64,000 bases of DNA from Candidatus Cloacimonadales bacterium (GTDB lineage Bacteria > Cloacimonadota > Cloacimonadia > Cloacimonadales > JAFGVF01), in the NCBI GenBank assembly GCA_963667035.1, contig OY762964.1, positions 2,176,001 through 2,240,000 of the forward strand. Direction: 5' to 3'. The translations under genes and the position numbers were made by a program. Below are positions 52,645-63,768 of the stretch, piece by piece; the first letter of the stretch is position 1; the number at the start of each line of letters is the position of its first letter. Under the pieces are notes generated by a model that had not been told where the DNA came from, made no database searches, and saw only the letters and a program-made list of their open reading frames with translations.

Positions 52645-53342
52645 AGCAAAAGATAGATTTTGAAGAAAAGGTAATCTCTAAAGTAATGGTTATACGTTCA
52701 GAAATACCGGAGACCGGAGGTCGTAAATTACAGGAGCATCTTCTTGACCCTGAATATGGAGTTCCAATCACAGTTGGACGCGATAAGCTTTTTGATATAC
52801 TCAGAGCTCATGGTTTGATGTTTAAACATAAGCCTCGTAAGGTATATACATCTGTCTCTGACCCGGATCATCAAGTATATCCAAATTTATTAGAGAATCT
52901 GACAGTAACTCGACCTAATCAGGTTTGGGTAACAGATATAACCTATTTGCAGTTAGTAAATGGCAAGCATTGCTATCTATCAATAATGACAGACTATTAC
53001 AGTCGTAAGATTGTTGGTTTTACAGTACAGAAAGACATGACGGCAGAAAGTACACTTGCAACCTTCAATAAAGCTTATAAGAGTATCAAGCCTGCACCCG
53101 GCTTGATACACCACTCTGATAAAGGTTCTCAATACACTTCAGGAATCTATACTAATCGATTGCAAGAGTGTGGAGTAGATATAAGCATGACCGGTCCTAA
53201 CAAATGCTACGACAATGCGATAGCCGAGAGAATCAATAGGACTCTAAAGTATGAGTTTTATTTGAGAGATAAATTCAGAGATATAGAACAAACTAGGAAA
53301 ATAGTCGCCAATGCAGTTTATCTTTACAACAGAACAAAGTAG
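52513..53342 (+). pseudogene. IS3 transposase OrfB (-1 frame), C-terminally truncated
   Basis: The -1 frame is open from the slippery site (CKALGCSRKSYYK); WVTDITY, HHSDKGSQY, DNAIAER; stops at YNRTK without the usual RPH.SL...P tail. Confidence 0.8.
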
Positions 53343-53467
53343 GTCCAGGAAGTTTAATCAATAGTAAATTGTATAATATAACTCAGAAACTAAATAAATC
53401 TTGACACATGGAAATATTAAGAGTAGATATTGATTCGCGTGCAAATCTTGGTACTAAGGAGGAATTT

Positions 53468-55455
53468 ATGAAGCGTCTCACATTACTATTATTAATTCTG
53501 ACTCTTTGCTTATTAACACTTAACTCTGAAGAGAATGAACAATCTGAAACTGTTGAATTAGGCTCAATATCTATTAATGTGGTAGACATTGAGAATAATC
53601 CCATAGCTTATGCTAATATTGTGCTGTTTAAAGATGGTAAAAGTTCTCAACTAGGTGGGCAAACAAATAAGAATGGAAATTGTAAGATTATTAATATACC
53701 ATTAGGAGTATATGATATCAAAGTAACTAAAATGAGTTATGCAGCCGAGACAATTGAGAATCTTAGAATTAATGCAGGTGAAAACAGTACTCAGAATGTC
53801 ACTCTAAACAAACAGTTGATTTAGACCTTGATGTAAGACTTATTGGTGAAGTTCCAAAAATTGATACCTACGTGACAAGCTCAAGTTCAAGAGTAATGGC
53901 TCTTGATCTTATACATGCTGAGGATGATTTTGAAAGAGATAGAAGTCCCAAAAAGCCACGAAAAAACAAACAGAAACATTTTAGAAGATATAGTCGCTAC
54001 GACAACTATGATCCTATCCCTCAAGCGGTAGAGTTTGAAGAAATTAATTCTAGTGAATTCACAACTCCTGAAAACGAAGCTTATTCTACATTCTCAATAG
54101 ATGTTGACACGGGTTCCTACTCTGCAGTTCGCAGAATGATTAACGATAGCTACTTACCCAGAGCAAACATGATTAGAATTGAGGAATTCATAAATTACTT
54201 TGATTATGACTATCCCCAACCAAAGGGAAGACACCCTTTCAGTATAAACACCGAAGTAGGTAGATGTCCTTGGGAAAAAGAACACTATCTTGTACATATA
54301 GGTCTAAAAGGGAAAGAGCTTGATTTGAACGAAACACCTCCAAGCAATCTTGTTTTCTTGGTTGATGTTTCAGGCTCAATGAGACAACCAAACAAACTTC
54401 CTTTAGTTAAACAATCTCTTAAACTGCTTACAAAACAACTTAGACCGGAAGATACTGTTTCCATAGTAGTTTATGCCAGCTCGGAAGGTGTGTCATTAGA
54501 ACCTACCAAAGGTAGTGAAAAACAAACTATTCTTGATGCTATCGATAACCTACAAGCCGGAGGTGGAACTGCCGGGCAAAGAGGTATCCGGTTAGCTTAT
54601 CAAATGGCTAAAGAAAACCTGCTTAAGAATGGAAACAATAGAATCATTCTCTGCTCTGACGGTGATTTTAATGTAGGTGTATCAAATACTGAAGATTTAA
54701 TCGACATGGTTAAGAAAGAGACAGAAAATAATATATTCCTAACTATACTTGGCTTCGGCATGGACAATCTTAAAGATAATAGACTCGAACCTATTGCAAA
54801 TAAATGCAACGGAACTTATGGCTATATTGACGGTATCATGGAAGCGAAAAAGGTATTTGTTACTCAACTGACAGGCTCTCTCTTCACCATTGCCAAGGAT
54901 GTTAAGATACAGGTAGAATTCAATCCTACTCATGTGGAAGCGTATAGATTAATCGGTTATGTTAATCGTAAACTTGCAGACAAGGATTTCAATAATGATA
55001 AAAAAGATGCTAGTGAATTAGGTGCCGGACATACTGTTACTGCAATTTATGAAGTTGTGCCTATCGGTGCTAAATCTGACTATAGGAGAGTTGATCCGAC
55101 CAGATATCAAAGCAATGATAAACCAAAAGCTTCAAAATCAAAGAAGTCACATAATGACGAATTGCTATTTGTTAAGCTTAGATACAAAGAGCCAAAAGAA
55201 ACAGAGAGTAAGCTAATCGAAAGAGCTGTACTTAATGATGTAAAACCTTTCAAGAAATGCAGTGATAACTTCCGTTTCTCAGCAGCTGTAACAGCGTATG
55301 GATTTATGCTTCAGGACAATGAGTTTAAAGGGACAACCGATTGGAAGCTTGTAAAGAATTTGGCTAAGAAATCATTAGGAGAAGATAAATACGGCTACAG
55401 AGCTGAATTTATGCAGTTAATTGAAAAAGCTGAATTACTCCAAGATAACCAATAG
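53468..55455 (+). pseudogene. vWA/YfbK-like exported protein, frameshifted near 53813
   Basis: Signal peptide + carboxypeptidase-regulatory-like domain ORF, followed by an STFSIDVDTGSY / DVSGSM / SDGDFNVG ORF in another frame. Confidence 0.8.
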
Positions 55456-55502
55456 ATATATTTTGATTTAGTAAAGATATTAGGTATTATTACTGTTCTT
55501 CA

Positions 55503-56198
55503 TTATAAGTCAGTAATAATACCTGTATCTATTTCCTTAATCTTAGCTTCATCGTTTATAAACACTTCTCCTTCTTCCACTACGATAATTGAAGACTCCT
55601 TTATTAGACCATATCCTTTGTCATTAACAGTTAAAGTATCATTACTTATTGAGACATGTGTTTCACCAACTATATAGTTATAGACATTAATCCCCATGAT
55701 GTTCTCAATATCAGTTGTTGTGATATTCAATCCGGGAGCAACAAAGACTGTGTGAGTCCCTAACTTTGCTGAAGAGAAGTATTTATCAAAGCTTAATGAA
55801 ACCCTGAACTCTTTTGAAAGGAGTCTACCTTCAGTTTCTTTGTTGTTTATATGTACAACCCTATCAATAATTTTAATCTTATCATCTTTATCAATGTAAC
55901 CGTAGGAATATCCATTCATTATCAGTTCATTATCTAAAAGATATAAACGATCGTTATTAAAAGTCATAACATATAGGTTCTTACTGATTGGGTTCCCATC
56001 TGTATCAATAGACTTCCATTCTCTTTGACCTGAACCGGTATAATACTTTACTATCGGTTGGATATATACTTGGTGACCTCCAATGTGATAGATATAACCC
56101 TTCTTTTTATTATTCGCTAAAAGATTGTTGGGGAAGAGATTAATTATAAGAATGGCAACCAAGAGTCTTAAGATTAAGTATATAATATGTCTATTCAT
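55503..56198 (-). CDS. Hypothetical exported protein with two repeated beta domains
   Basis: GGAGG RBS, hydrophobic N-terminus, repeated L..N...YG.I.....I.....V.IN motif. Confidence 0.6.
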   Translation of the reverse strand: MNRHIIYLILRLLVAILIINLFPNNLLANNKKKGYIYHIGGHQVYIQPIVKYYTGSGQREWKSIDTDGNPISKNLYVMTFNNDRLYLLDNELIMNGYSYGYIDKDDKIKIIDRVVHINNKETEGRLLSKEFRVSLSFDKYFSSAKLGTHTVFVAPGLNITTTDIENIMGINVYNYIVGETHVSISNDTLTVNDKGYGLIKESSIIVVEEGEVFINDEAKIKEIDTGIITDL

Positions 56199-56369
56199 AA
56201 GTTATTACCTCCAATATCCTATGAGATATAAAACAATAAACTCTTTTGAATTAGTCAATAATTTTCCGAGGTGTACAACATCATTCATAAACTAAATAAA
56301 TCTTGACTTATGAAAACATTAAGTATAAAAATTGAATTAAGTGTAAATCTTGGTATTAAGGAGGATAAT

Positions 56370-58688
56370 ATGAAGCGTTTTACATTACTATTATTAATCC
56401 TGACTTGCTTTTTAACACTTAACTCTGTAAATGAGATTAAGTACGGGAAACTCAAAGTTAGAGTTAAATCAGACACAGAATCAATATCTAAAGCAAAAGT
56501 GATGTTGTATGAAAATAATAAACCTACCAAAATCAAAGGAACTACAAATGCAGAGGGTGTTTGTACATTTAAGAAGGTTCCGGTAGGTCAATATGATGTT
56601 AGGGTCTCAAAAAAAGGTTATATTGATATATCTGAAAACAATTATGTCATTATTGATAAGGAGACTGATTTCTCCATTGAAATTTACGAAGCAAGTAAAC
56701 TTGGTTCAATATCCTTCAATGTGGCAGACACAAATAATAATCCCGGAGCTTATGCTATTGTTGTCTTTTATAAAGATGGAGTAAATACTCATATGGGCAT
56801 GCAAGCCAATGAAAATGGGATATGCAATTTTATCAATATTCCTGTTGGAGTATATGATGTTAAAGTGACTAAATTAGGCCATGCACCAGTGACAATTGAA
56901 AAGCTTAGCATTAATGCAGGAGAAAATAATCCACAAAACATAACAATTGTTAAAGCAACGAATGTTGTTAGTGCTCCGGAAGTGAGTGCAGAAAAATCTG
57001 ACCTTGAAATTGAGGAGATTGATTGCATACAATCAACGGCATTGGATAACTATGATTTTACTAATAATTACGGTAATCCTATTTCCGGTAGTGTTCGTGT
57101 GCGTGGTGGTCGTACAGGCGAGGTTGTATATTCTGTTGATGGTATATCAGCTCCGGAACCTGTTGACTGTGGAACACCGCCAAATGTAAGAAAGCGACAG
57201 CAGATAAGCCCTATGGATATGCCAAGATTTACCCGGCCTGCCATTGACCCAATCCCTCAAGCTGTTGAGTTCGAAAAGATCAGCTCTAACGAATTCATAA
57301 CTCCTGAAGAAGAAGCATACTCCACTTTCTCCATTGATGTTGATACAGGTTCTTATACTGCAATTCGTAAGATGATTAATGATAACTATCTACCTCGTAA
57401 AGATATGATTAGAATCGAAGAGTTCATTAACTATTTCGACTATGATTATGTTGTTCCTAAAGGCAGCGAACCTTTCTCAATCAACACTGAAGTAGGTCGA
57501 TGTCCATGGGAAGATGAACACTATCTTGTTCATATAGGTCTAAAAGGGAAAGAGCTTGATTTGAATGATACACCTCCAAGTAACCTTGTATTCTTAGTCG
57601 ATGTTTCAGGCTCAATGAGACAACCAAACAAACTTCCTTTGGTTAAACAATCTCTTAAACTGCTTACTAAACAACTTAGATCGGAAGATACTGTCTCGAT
57701 AGCAGTGTATGCAAGCTCGGAAGGTGTAGCACTAGAGCCTACCAAAGGTAGTGAAAAACAAACTATTCTTGATGCTATCGATAACCTACAAGCCGGAGGA
57801 GGAACTGCCGGGCAAAGAGGTATCCGGTTAGCTTATAAAATAGCTAAAGAAAACCTACTTAAGAATGGAAACAATAGAATCATTCTCTGCTCTGACGGTG
57901 ATTTTAATGTAGGTGTATCGAATACTGAAGATTTAATCGACATGGTTAAGAAAGAGACAGAAAACAATATATTCTTAACTATACTCGGCTTTGGTATGGA
58001 CAATCTTAAAGATAATAGACTTGAATCCATTGCAAATAAATGCAATGGAACTTATGGATACATTGATGGAATCATGGAAGCGAAGAAGATATTTGTTACT
58101 CAACTGACAGGATCCCTCTTCACAATTGCCAAAGATGTTAAGATACAGGTAGAATTCAATCCTACTCATGTGGAAGCGTATAGATTAATCGGTTATGTTA
58201 ATCGTAAGCTTGCTGCGGAAGACTTCAATAATGACAAAAAAGATGCCGGTGAACTTGGTGCAGGGCATACGGTAACTGCTCTCTATGAGATTGTACCTGC
58301 AGACTCTAAATCTAACTATCGTAAAGTTGACCCAAGCAGATATCAAAGTAAACCTAAACCTGAACCACGGAAGGTTTCCGATTCTCATATCGATGAACTC
58401 CTCTTTGTTAAACTCAGATATAAAGAACCTAAAGGGACTAAGAGTAAACTTATCGAAAGAGCAGTTCCGGATGTTGTGCAAGCATTGAAGAGAACAAGTG
58501 ATAACTTCCGTTTCTCTGCAGCTGTTACAGCTTATGGTTTCATGCTTCAGGACAATGAGTTTAAAGGGACAACCGATTGGGAACTGGTAAAGAATCTGGC
58601 TAAGAAATCATTAGGAGAAGATAAATACGGTTACAGAGCTGAATTTATGCAGTTAATTGAGAAAGCAGAGCTACTTCAAAATAACTAG
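56370..58688 (+). CDS. vWA/YfbK-like exported protein with two carboxypeptidase-regulatory-like domains
   Basis: AAGGAGG RBS, signal peptide, VPVG.YDV repeats, VRGGR plug-like motif, MIDAS DVSGS. Confidence 0.9.
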   Translation: MKRFTLLLLILTCFLTLNSVNEIKYGKLKVRVKSDTESISKAKVMLYENNKPTKIKGTTNAEGVCTFKKVPVGQYDVRVSKKGYIDISENNYVIIDKETDFSIEIYEASKLGSISFNVADTNNNPGAYAIVVFYKDGVNTHMGMQANENGICNFINIPVGVYDVKVTKLGHAPVTIEKLSINAGENNPQNITIVKATNVVSAPEVSAEKSDLEIEEIDCIQSTALDNYDFTNNYGNPISGSVRVRGGRTGEVVYSVDGISAPEPVDCGTPPNVRKRQQISPMDMPRFTRPAIDPIPQAVEFEKISSNEFITPEEEAYSTFSIDVDTGSYTAIRKMINDNYLPRKDMIRIEEFINYFDYDYVVPKGSEPFSINTEVGRCPWEDEHYLVHIGLKGKELDLNDTPPSNLVFLVDVSGSMRQPNKLPLVKQSLKLLTKQLRSEDTVSIAVYASSEGVALEPTKGSEKQTILDAIDNLQAGGGTAGQRGIRLAYKIAKENLLKNGNNRIILCSDGDFNVGVSNTEDLIDMVKKETENNIFLTILGFGMDNLKDNRLESIANKCNGTYGYIDGIMEAKKIFVTQLTGSLFTIAKDVKIQVEFNPTHVEAYRLIGYVNRKLAAEDFNNDKKDAGELGAGHTVTALYEIVPADSKSNYRKVDPSRYQSKPKPEPRKVSDSHIDELLFVKLRYKEPKGTKSKLIERAVPDVVQALKRTSDNFRFSAAVTAYGFMLQDNEFKGTTDWELVKNLAKKSLGEDKYGYRAEFMQLIEKAELLQNN

Positions 58689-58779
58689 ATAAGTTAGAAT
58701 AAATCATGACCACTCGTATAACGGGTAGATTATTGTTTCGCTATAAATAGCTCAATCGGCTGAATCCATTAATTTGATA

Positions 58780-58813
58780 AATTAGGGGGTATAGCATGCC
58801 ATACCCCCTAATT
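58780..58813. terminator. Terminator hairpin between convergent genes
   Basis: AATTAGGGGGTAT...ATACCCCCTAATT. Confidence 0.7.
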
Positions 58814-58826
58814 CAATTATAATCGT

Positions 58827-60266
58827 TTACGCTTTTACATTAACAACAATATCTTTGAAACGGGCAGGAGCAACACCATGTGACAGATGCATTGACTGTC
58901 CGGGTTCTCCTTTACCACAATTGAAAGTACCGAAATGTAACCATTCTTCAGGACCACAAACTCTATCGCAAGCATTCCAGAACTCAGGAGTAATACCAAA
59001 ATAGGTAGGTTCTTTAACAATACCGACAATCTCACCATCTACAATCTTATAACCAATCTCAGTTGTGAACTGGAAGTTGTTACGATTATCATCAATGGAC
59101 CATGTTTTTGTATAATCAATGTAATAACCTTTCTCGGTTTCTTTGATAAGTTGATCTAAACTACCATGTCCTGGAGCTAAGCAGAAGTTAGTCATTCTAA
59201 CCAATGGAAAATCATTAGCAAATGAAGCCATCATGTTTGAACTGGCTTGAACTCCAAGCTGAGGAGCTATCTCTCTGGAAGTTTGTTGATCCATAAGTAT
59301 ACCGTTCTTGATAATATCTACTTTTCTTCCGGGTATACCTTCATCATCTACGAGGTGGAATCCCATTCCACGAGGGTCTTTGCTATCCGAATAGATATTA
59401 ACAATATCAGAACCATACTTGAAGTTTCCTAACATTTTAGGTTTAATGAAGGTCTTACCTGCATAAGAAATTTCCATACCAAAAATTCTATCAGCTTCAG
59501 TTGCGTGTCCAACGGATTCATGCAATTGAAGAGCCAAGTGTCCTCCACCGATGATTATATCGGCTTTTTCCTCTTCGATACGTGGAGCATCAAGAAGGTC
59601 TATTGATTCTTTAATAATCTTCTCGGTATTCTTTTCAAACTGATAGCCTTTTACCACTTCAAACCCACCTCTACGACCATTCATGTGTCCGGGATAGGTT
59701 CTGGTTTGCATACTCTTACCGTCACTGGCAAACACCATCATCATAGGATTTGTATCATAAACAAGCGTATCAGTAAATGTTCCCTCTGTGTTCGCATAAA
59801 TCTTGTATTGACGATAGAAACTACCTGAGACATAGGAATTAACTATCTTTTCATGACCAACAAGCATACCGGAAATTTTCTTAAAATAACCTGTAAACTC
59901 TTCATCACTCATCATGAAAGGATCAATCTCAGGTGTGAAATAGTAACTGCCTACTGTAGGCTCTATCTTCTCAAATTTAACAGGGAACTTTCTGAATTTA
60001 CTACCATGTTTTGCATTATTAATAGCTATTTTAATAAGACTATCAATCTTAGTAGGATCAATAATATCAGTTCCGGCAAACCCCCAGCAACCATCTACAA
60101 GAACTCTAATTCCAAGAGCTGTTGCGTCTAGATTAGCACTGTAAGCTTTAAGTTTACCACGCTGGAAGAATATACCTTTAGTGTCGGTCGAAGTAAATCT
60201 AACATCAGCAAAACTCACTTCGGGAATATCCAATTTACGGATAATATCAAATACTAGTTTCTTCAT
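58827..60266 (-). CDS. tldD: TldD family metalloprotease
   Basis: GIRVLVDGCWGFA, HESVGHATEADR, DDEG, RMTN, CGKGEPGQ. Confidence 0.92.
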   Translation of the reverse strand: MKKLVFDIIRKLDIPEVSFADVRFTSTDTKGIFFQRGKLKAYSANLDATALGIRVLVDGCWGFAGTDIIDPTKIDSLIKIAINNAKHGSKFRKFPVKFEKIEPTVGSYYFTPEIDPFMMSDEEFTGYFKKISGMLVGHEKIVNSYVSGSFYRQYKIYANTEGTFTDTLVYDTNPMMMVFASDGKSMQTRTYPGHMNGRRGGFEVVKGYQFEKNTEKIIKESIDLLDAPRIEEEKADIIIGGGHLALQLHESVGHATEADRIFGMEISYAGKTFIKPKMLGNFKYGSDIVNIYSDSKDPRGMGFHLVDDEGIPGRKVDIIKNGILMDQQTSREIAPQLGVQASSNMMASFANDFPLVRMTNFCLAPGHGSLDQLIKETEKGYYIDYTKTWSIDDNRNNFQFTTEIGYKIVDGEIVGIVKEPTYFGITPEFWNACDRVCGPEEWLHFGTFNCGKGEPGQSMHLSHGVAPARFKDIVVNVKA

Positions 60267-60275
60267 TTTTCCTCC

Positions 60276-61604
60276 CTATATTGTGTGAGTTGATGATGAG
60301 ATCTGGAACCTAGACACCTTGATATGAGGTGTGCGACTGGAGTTAATCCCAAATGTACCGTAATTGTTCGACCAAGGAACAGTGTAAGATTTGTTCTCAA
60401 TCTCTGTTATATATTTAAGTACATTGGAAATCATCTCAGTAAAGCGAAGATTATTAATTACTTTGGTAATCTTACCATCTTCTATGAGGAATGTTCCATC
60501 TCTTGTGAGTCCCGTAAGAGAGGTCTCTCTTGAGTTTATGAAGTTCATATAATGGAGACTTGAAATGTAGATACCTTTCTTAACTCCTTTAATCATCTCG
60601 TTAAGCTCTTTATCTCCAGGTTCCATTACCAAGCATCTGCCTTGATTACCATTCTTAGGTAAACCTGTTTTGTGGTGATAGTAGTTAGAGCACATCCAAT
60701 TAGCAAACTTACCGTTCTTGATAAGTTCAAGATTATTAGCCGGATGTCCTCCATAATAGCTCTTATGGATAAGATACGGATGATTAGGTTGATCGGAGAC
60801 ATTAACTGATTCCGGGAATAGTTGTTCATTCTCCTGACCTAAAAAGAAACTGGATTGCGAGTCATAAGATTGAGCTGACATTGAGCTCTGGAAGTAAAAC
60901 AGGAATTCTCCTATACAGCGTGGGGCAAGAATCACTTCATAATAACCGGGATCAACATCTACTACCGGTAGCTTAGCTGAAATGATTTTCTTTTCAAGAC
61001 GCTCAATAAATCCTTCGACATCGAAATGTTCAACACTCTCACTTCCGAATGATTCCAATACCGTAACTTGAGTATCATGTTTCACAGCTTTCAATTCAAG
61101 CATAATTGGTGAACCGAAGTCCTCTTTGTCCACTCCATTACTATTTTGAGTGTTGTAGTATACAGCATTACAAATAAATGTACCGTATATACCAAAACCA
61201 TGTTTCTCTGCCATATCGGCAATTTTAGTGAGAATGCTTATCTTCTTCTCAAGAGAAAGAAGTTCAATGTTGTTGGGAACATTCTTAGGTTCAACAATCT
61301 CGGCATTGTCCTCTAAATCCACGAAATCCGGATCTTCAGGTAACTCTTTTACTTTCTGAGCGGCATTTTCAATTCCCGCTCTAATTCTTTCAGCTGTAGG
61401 TTCGGAGACTCCAAATGAATATGACTTCTTACCATCATAAACAGAGACACCTACACCGACTGATTGTTTCGATATATTGTAGTTTACCTGACTGTTATAG
61501 AATCTAAGGAAGTCAGTCTGCCATTCCTGATAATCAATTGATATCTTCAACTGGGGGAAATCCTTTAAGATGTTCTTGATTGAACTCTTCATTTGAGGAT
61601 TCAT
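60276..61604 (-). CDS. TldE/PmbA family protein
   Basis: RF.NSQ, PG.YEVIL.P, TGLTRDGTFLIEDG, NNLRF; no HExxH; paired with tldD. Confidence 0.85.
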   Translation of the reverse strand: MNPQMKSSIKNILKDFPQLKISIDYQEWQTDFLRFYNSQVNYNISKQSVGVGVSVYDGKKSYSFGVSEPTAERIRAGIENAAQKVKELPEDPDFVDLEDNAEIVEPKNVPNNIELLSLEKKISILTKIADMAEKHGFGIYGTFICNAVYYNTQNSNGVDKEDFGSPIMLELKAVKHDTQVTVLESFGSESVEHFDVEGFIERLEKKIISAKLPVVDVDPGYYEVILAPRCIGEFLFYFQSSMSAQSYDSQSSFFLGQENEQLFPESVNVSDQPNHPYLIHKSYYGGHPANNLELIKNGKFANWMCSNYYHHKTGLPKNGNQGRCLVMEPGDKELNEMIKGVKKGIYISSLHYMNFINSRETSLTGLTRDGTFLIEDGKITKVINNLRFTEMISNVLKYITEIENKSYTVPWSNNYGTFGINSSRTPHIKVSRFQISSSTHTI

Positions 61605-61914
61605 GTTGCCTCCTTGTATTGTAAATTTATGCAATATATCTATTATGGAGAACATTTGGCAATAGTTTTTTTAGTTTATCCTGTTCAAAGTATCCTCAGG
61701 GTATACTAAATGTGAGTCGGAGTTCAAGTTATACTTACTGAAAAAGTGAAAGGTATCACTAGTCATTATAGTTTACTTCATTAGTTTATTTTAAAAATGC
61801 CTTTTTATCTTTGAAGCAGAATAAATAAAAACATTGACAGTAAAGAAATTGGACTAAATAATATGTCTGGTATCTGTGAATTTATTAACATTTTTTAGCT
61901 AAAGAGAGTAAGTA

Positions 61915-63768
61915 ATGAGAACAAAGCTATTGTTTATTTCAGTATTCTTTCTATTATTATGTTCTTTACTTACAGGAGAAGTTATCAGGGTCGGTATTTA
62001 TGATAATCCGCCTAAAATAGCTTTGAGTAAAGACGGAACTCCTATAGGGGTTTGGGTCGAAATTACAAACTATATAGCTCTTCAAGAGAATTGGGATGTT
62101 GAATACGTCTACGATACATTTTATAATCATCTGAACAACCTTAAATCAGGGAAAATAGATATACTGGTTGATACGGGTATCACTGAAGAGAGGAAGAATG
62201 AATACGCTTTCTCCGAACATGTTCTTGTGAGTTGGTTCCAATTATACAGTAAAAAGAGTACACTCATTAAGTCTCTCTATGATTTGGAAGGACTAAGAGT
62301 TGCCGGTATGCAAGGTAGCTTAAATCTGGAGAGTAAAGACGGGCTAAAGGAGCTCGTTAATAAACTTGAGATTAATTGTGACATTATAGAGTATGAAACA
62401 TACTTGGAGACATTCCAAGCTTTGGAACGAGATAGTGTTGATGCTGTAATTACAAACAAAGACTACGGTAATTACGTTGCAGAGAAAATGAACTTTATTG
62501 TTGCTCCTATCCATTTGAAGCCGTATAAACTTGCCTACTCAATGTATTTAGATTCTCCTAAGACTGCCAGAATACTACCTATACTCAACAGCAGAATAAC
62601 TAAAATCAAGAAATACGATAACTCTATTCTCTATACATCCATCAAGAATCATCTGGGTGCAAAAGACAGATATAAGGTTATGCTCAGGTGGGTCTTTGCT
62701 CTCACTGCCTCAATAGCAATAATAGTTCTAGTCTCTATTTTAATCAGCTATCTTCTCAAACGGAAGATTGCCCTAAAGACTAAAGAGCTAAACACTCAGT
62801 TCGAGAAAATGGTACACAGTGAAATTAGGCTTAAAGAGATTGCCAATCAATGGCAGACTACTTTTGATTCGATATCTGATTCAATTTGCTTATTAGATAG
62901 AGACTCAAAGATTGTTCAATACAACAAAGCTACTTTGAAAATGCTTGAACTAGAAGGTGATGAGATAATCAACATTAAGTGCTATCAGGCTTTTCATGGA
63001 AGATCATCTAAATTCCCTGCTTGCCCTGCAGAGAAACTAAAAGTAACTTTACAAAAGGAAAGCATGATATTTCATGCGAACGATAAATGGCTGGAAGTTA
63101 CGGTTAATCCTGTTCTGAATGAAGATAGTCATCTTACCGGAATTGTTCATGTTGTAAGAGATATTACGCATCAGAAACAAATTGAAGGTGATTTAAAAGA
63201 GAAGACAAACTTCCTCAATACTATAATTGAAACCGCCAGTGTCAGTATGTGGATTTCTGACTCCGAAGGCACACTTATCTCAATGAATCCTGCTTGCAGA
63301 TCGTTCTTCGGCACTACCGAGGATGAAGTGGTTGGGAAGTATAACTTATATAAAGATAATATAGTGCGTGATAATGACCTCATAAAGAACATTGATCAAG
63401 TTTTTAAAAATGGACATAAAACTGAATTCATTATTGACTACAACTTTAAAGAAGTTGCCCATGTATCACCTGTCAATGGTACCCATAAGATAGTTAAAAC
63501 AATTATCACGCCCGTTGTAAATAGTGAGGATAAAGTTGATAATGCGATTGTCCAAGCTATTGATCTAACCGAAATTAAGAAAGCAGAAAGAGAATTGGAA
63601 GAGCATTCCAATATGCTTGAAGATACCGTAAAGGCAAGAACAAGAGAACTGGAAGAAAAGAACGAAGAATTAGAACGTTTTAATAAGCTTTTTATCGGCA
63701 GAGAGTTCAGAATAAAAGAGTTAAGGGAAAGAATAGAGTATCTGGAAGATAAACTTAAGAACCAATAA
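61915..63768 (+). CDS. Sensor protein: periplasmic binding domain, TM, two PAS domains, coiled-coil tail
   Basis: VRVG.YDNPP, LKSGKID, TFDSISD, CP, VRDIT, IDLTE.K.AE; ends ...FIGREFRIKELR. Confidence 0.85.
   Translation: MRTKLLFISVFFLLLCSLLTGEVIRVGIYDNPPKIALSKDGTPIGVWVEITNYIALQENWDVEYVYDTFYNHLNNLKSGKIDILVDTGITEERKNEYAFSEHVLVSWFQLYSKKSTLIKSLYDLEGLRVAGMQGSLNLESKDGLKELVNKLEINCDIIEYETYLETFQALERDSVDAVITNKDYGNYVAEKMNFIVAPIHLKPYKLAYSMYLDSPKTARILPILNSRITKIKKYDNSILYTSIKNHLGAKDRYKVMLRWVFALTASIAIIVLVSILISYLLKRKIALKTKELNTQFEKMVHSEIRLKEIANQWQTTFDSISDSICLLDRDSKIVQYNKATLKMLELEGDEIINIKCYQAFHGRSSKFPACPAEKLKVTLQKESMIFHANDKWLEVTVNPVLNEDSHLTGIVHVVRDITHQKQIEGDLKEKTNFLNTIIETASVSMWISDSEGTLISMNPACRSFFGTTEDEVVGKYNLYKDNIVRDNDLIKNIDQVFKNGHKTEFIIDYNFKEVAHVSPVNGTHKIVKTIITPVVNSEDKVDNAIVQAIDLTEIKKAERELEEHSNMLEDTVKARTRELEEKNEELERFNKLFIGREFRIKELRERIEYLEDKLKNQ

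Larger units (their letters stand above)
52121..53342 (+). mobile_element. IS3-family element, 3'-truncated
   Basis: Left end CGTCCTAAATAAAGTAGACA, orfA/orfB layout; no right IR found. Confidence 0.85.

Noticed and set aside
53468..58688. Diversity-generating retroelement or invertase shufflon acting on the vWA genes
   Set aside because: No reverse transcriptase or site-specific recombinase in the window, and differences between copies do not look adenine-specific
58710..58775. Purine riboswitch (begins CACTCGTATAA)
   Set aside because: The downstream core (TATGG, TTTCTACC, CCGTAAA) is absent and the site lies between convergent 3' ends
61680..61790. Third 11-bp-periodic intergenic array
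   Set aside because: Only weak periodic hints (..AAAGT/..AGGGT/..AATGT); too degenerate to support by eye
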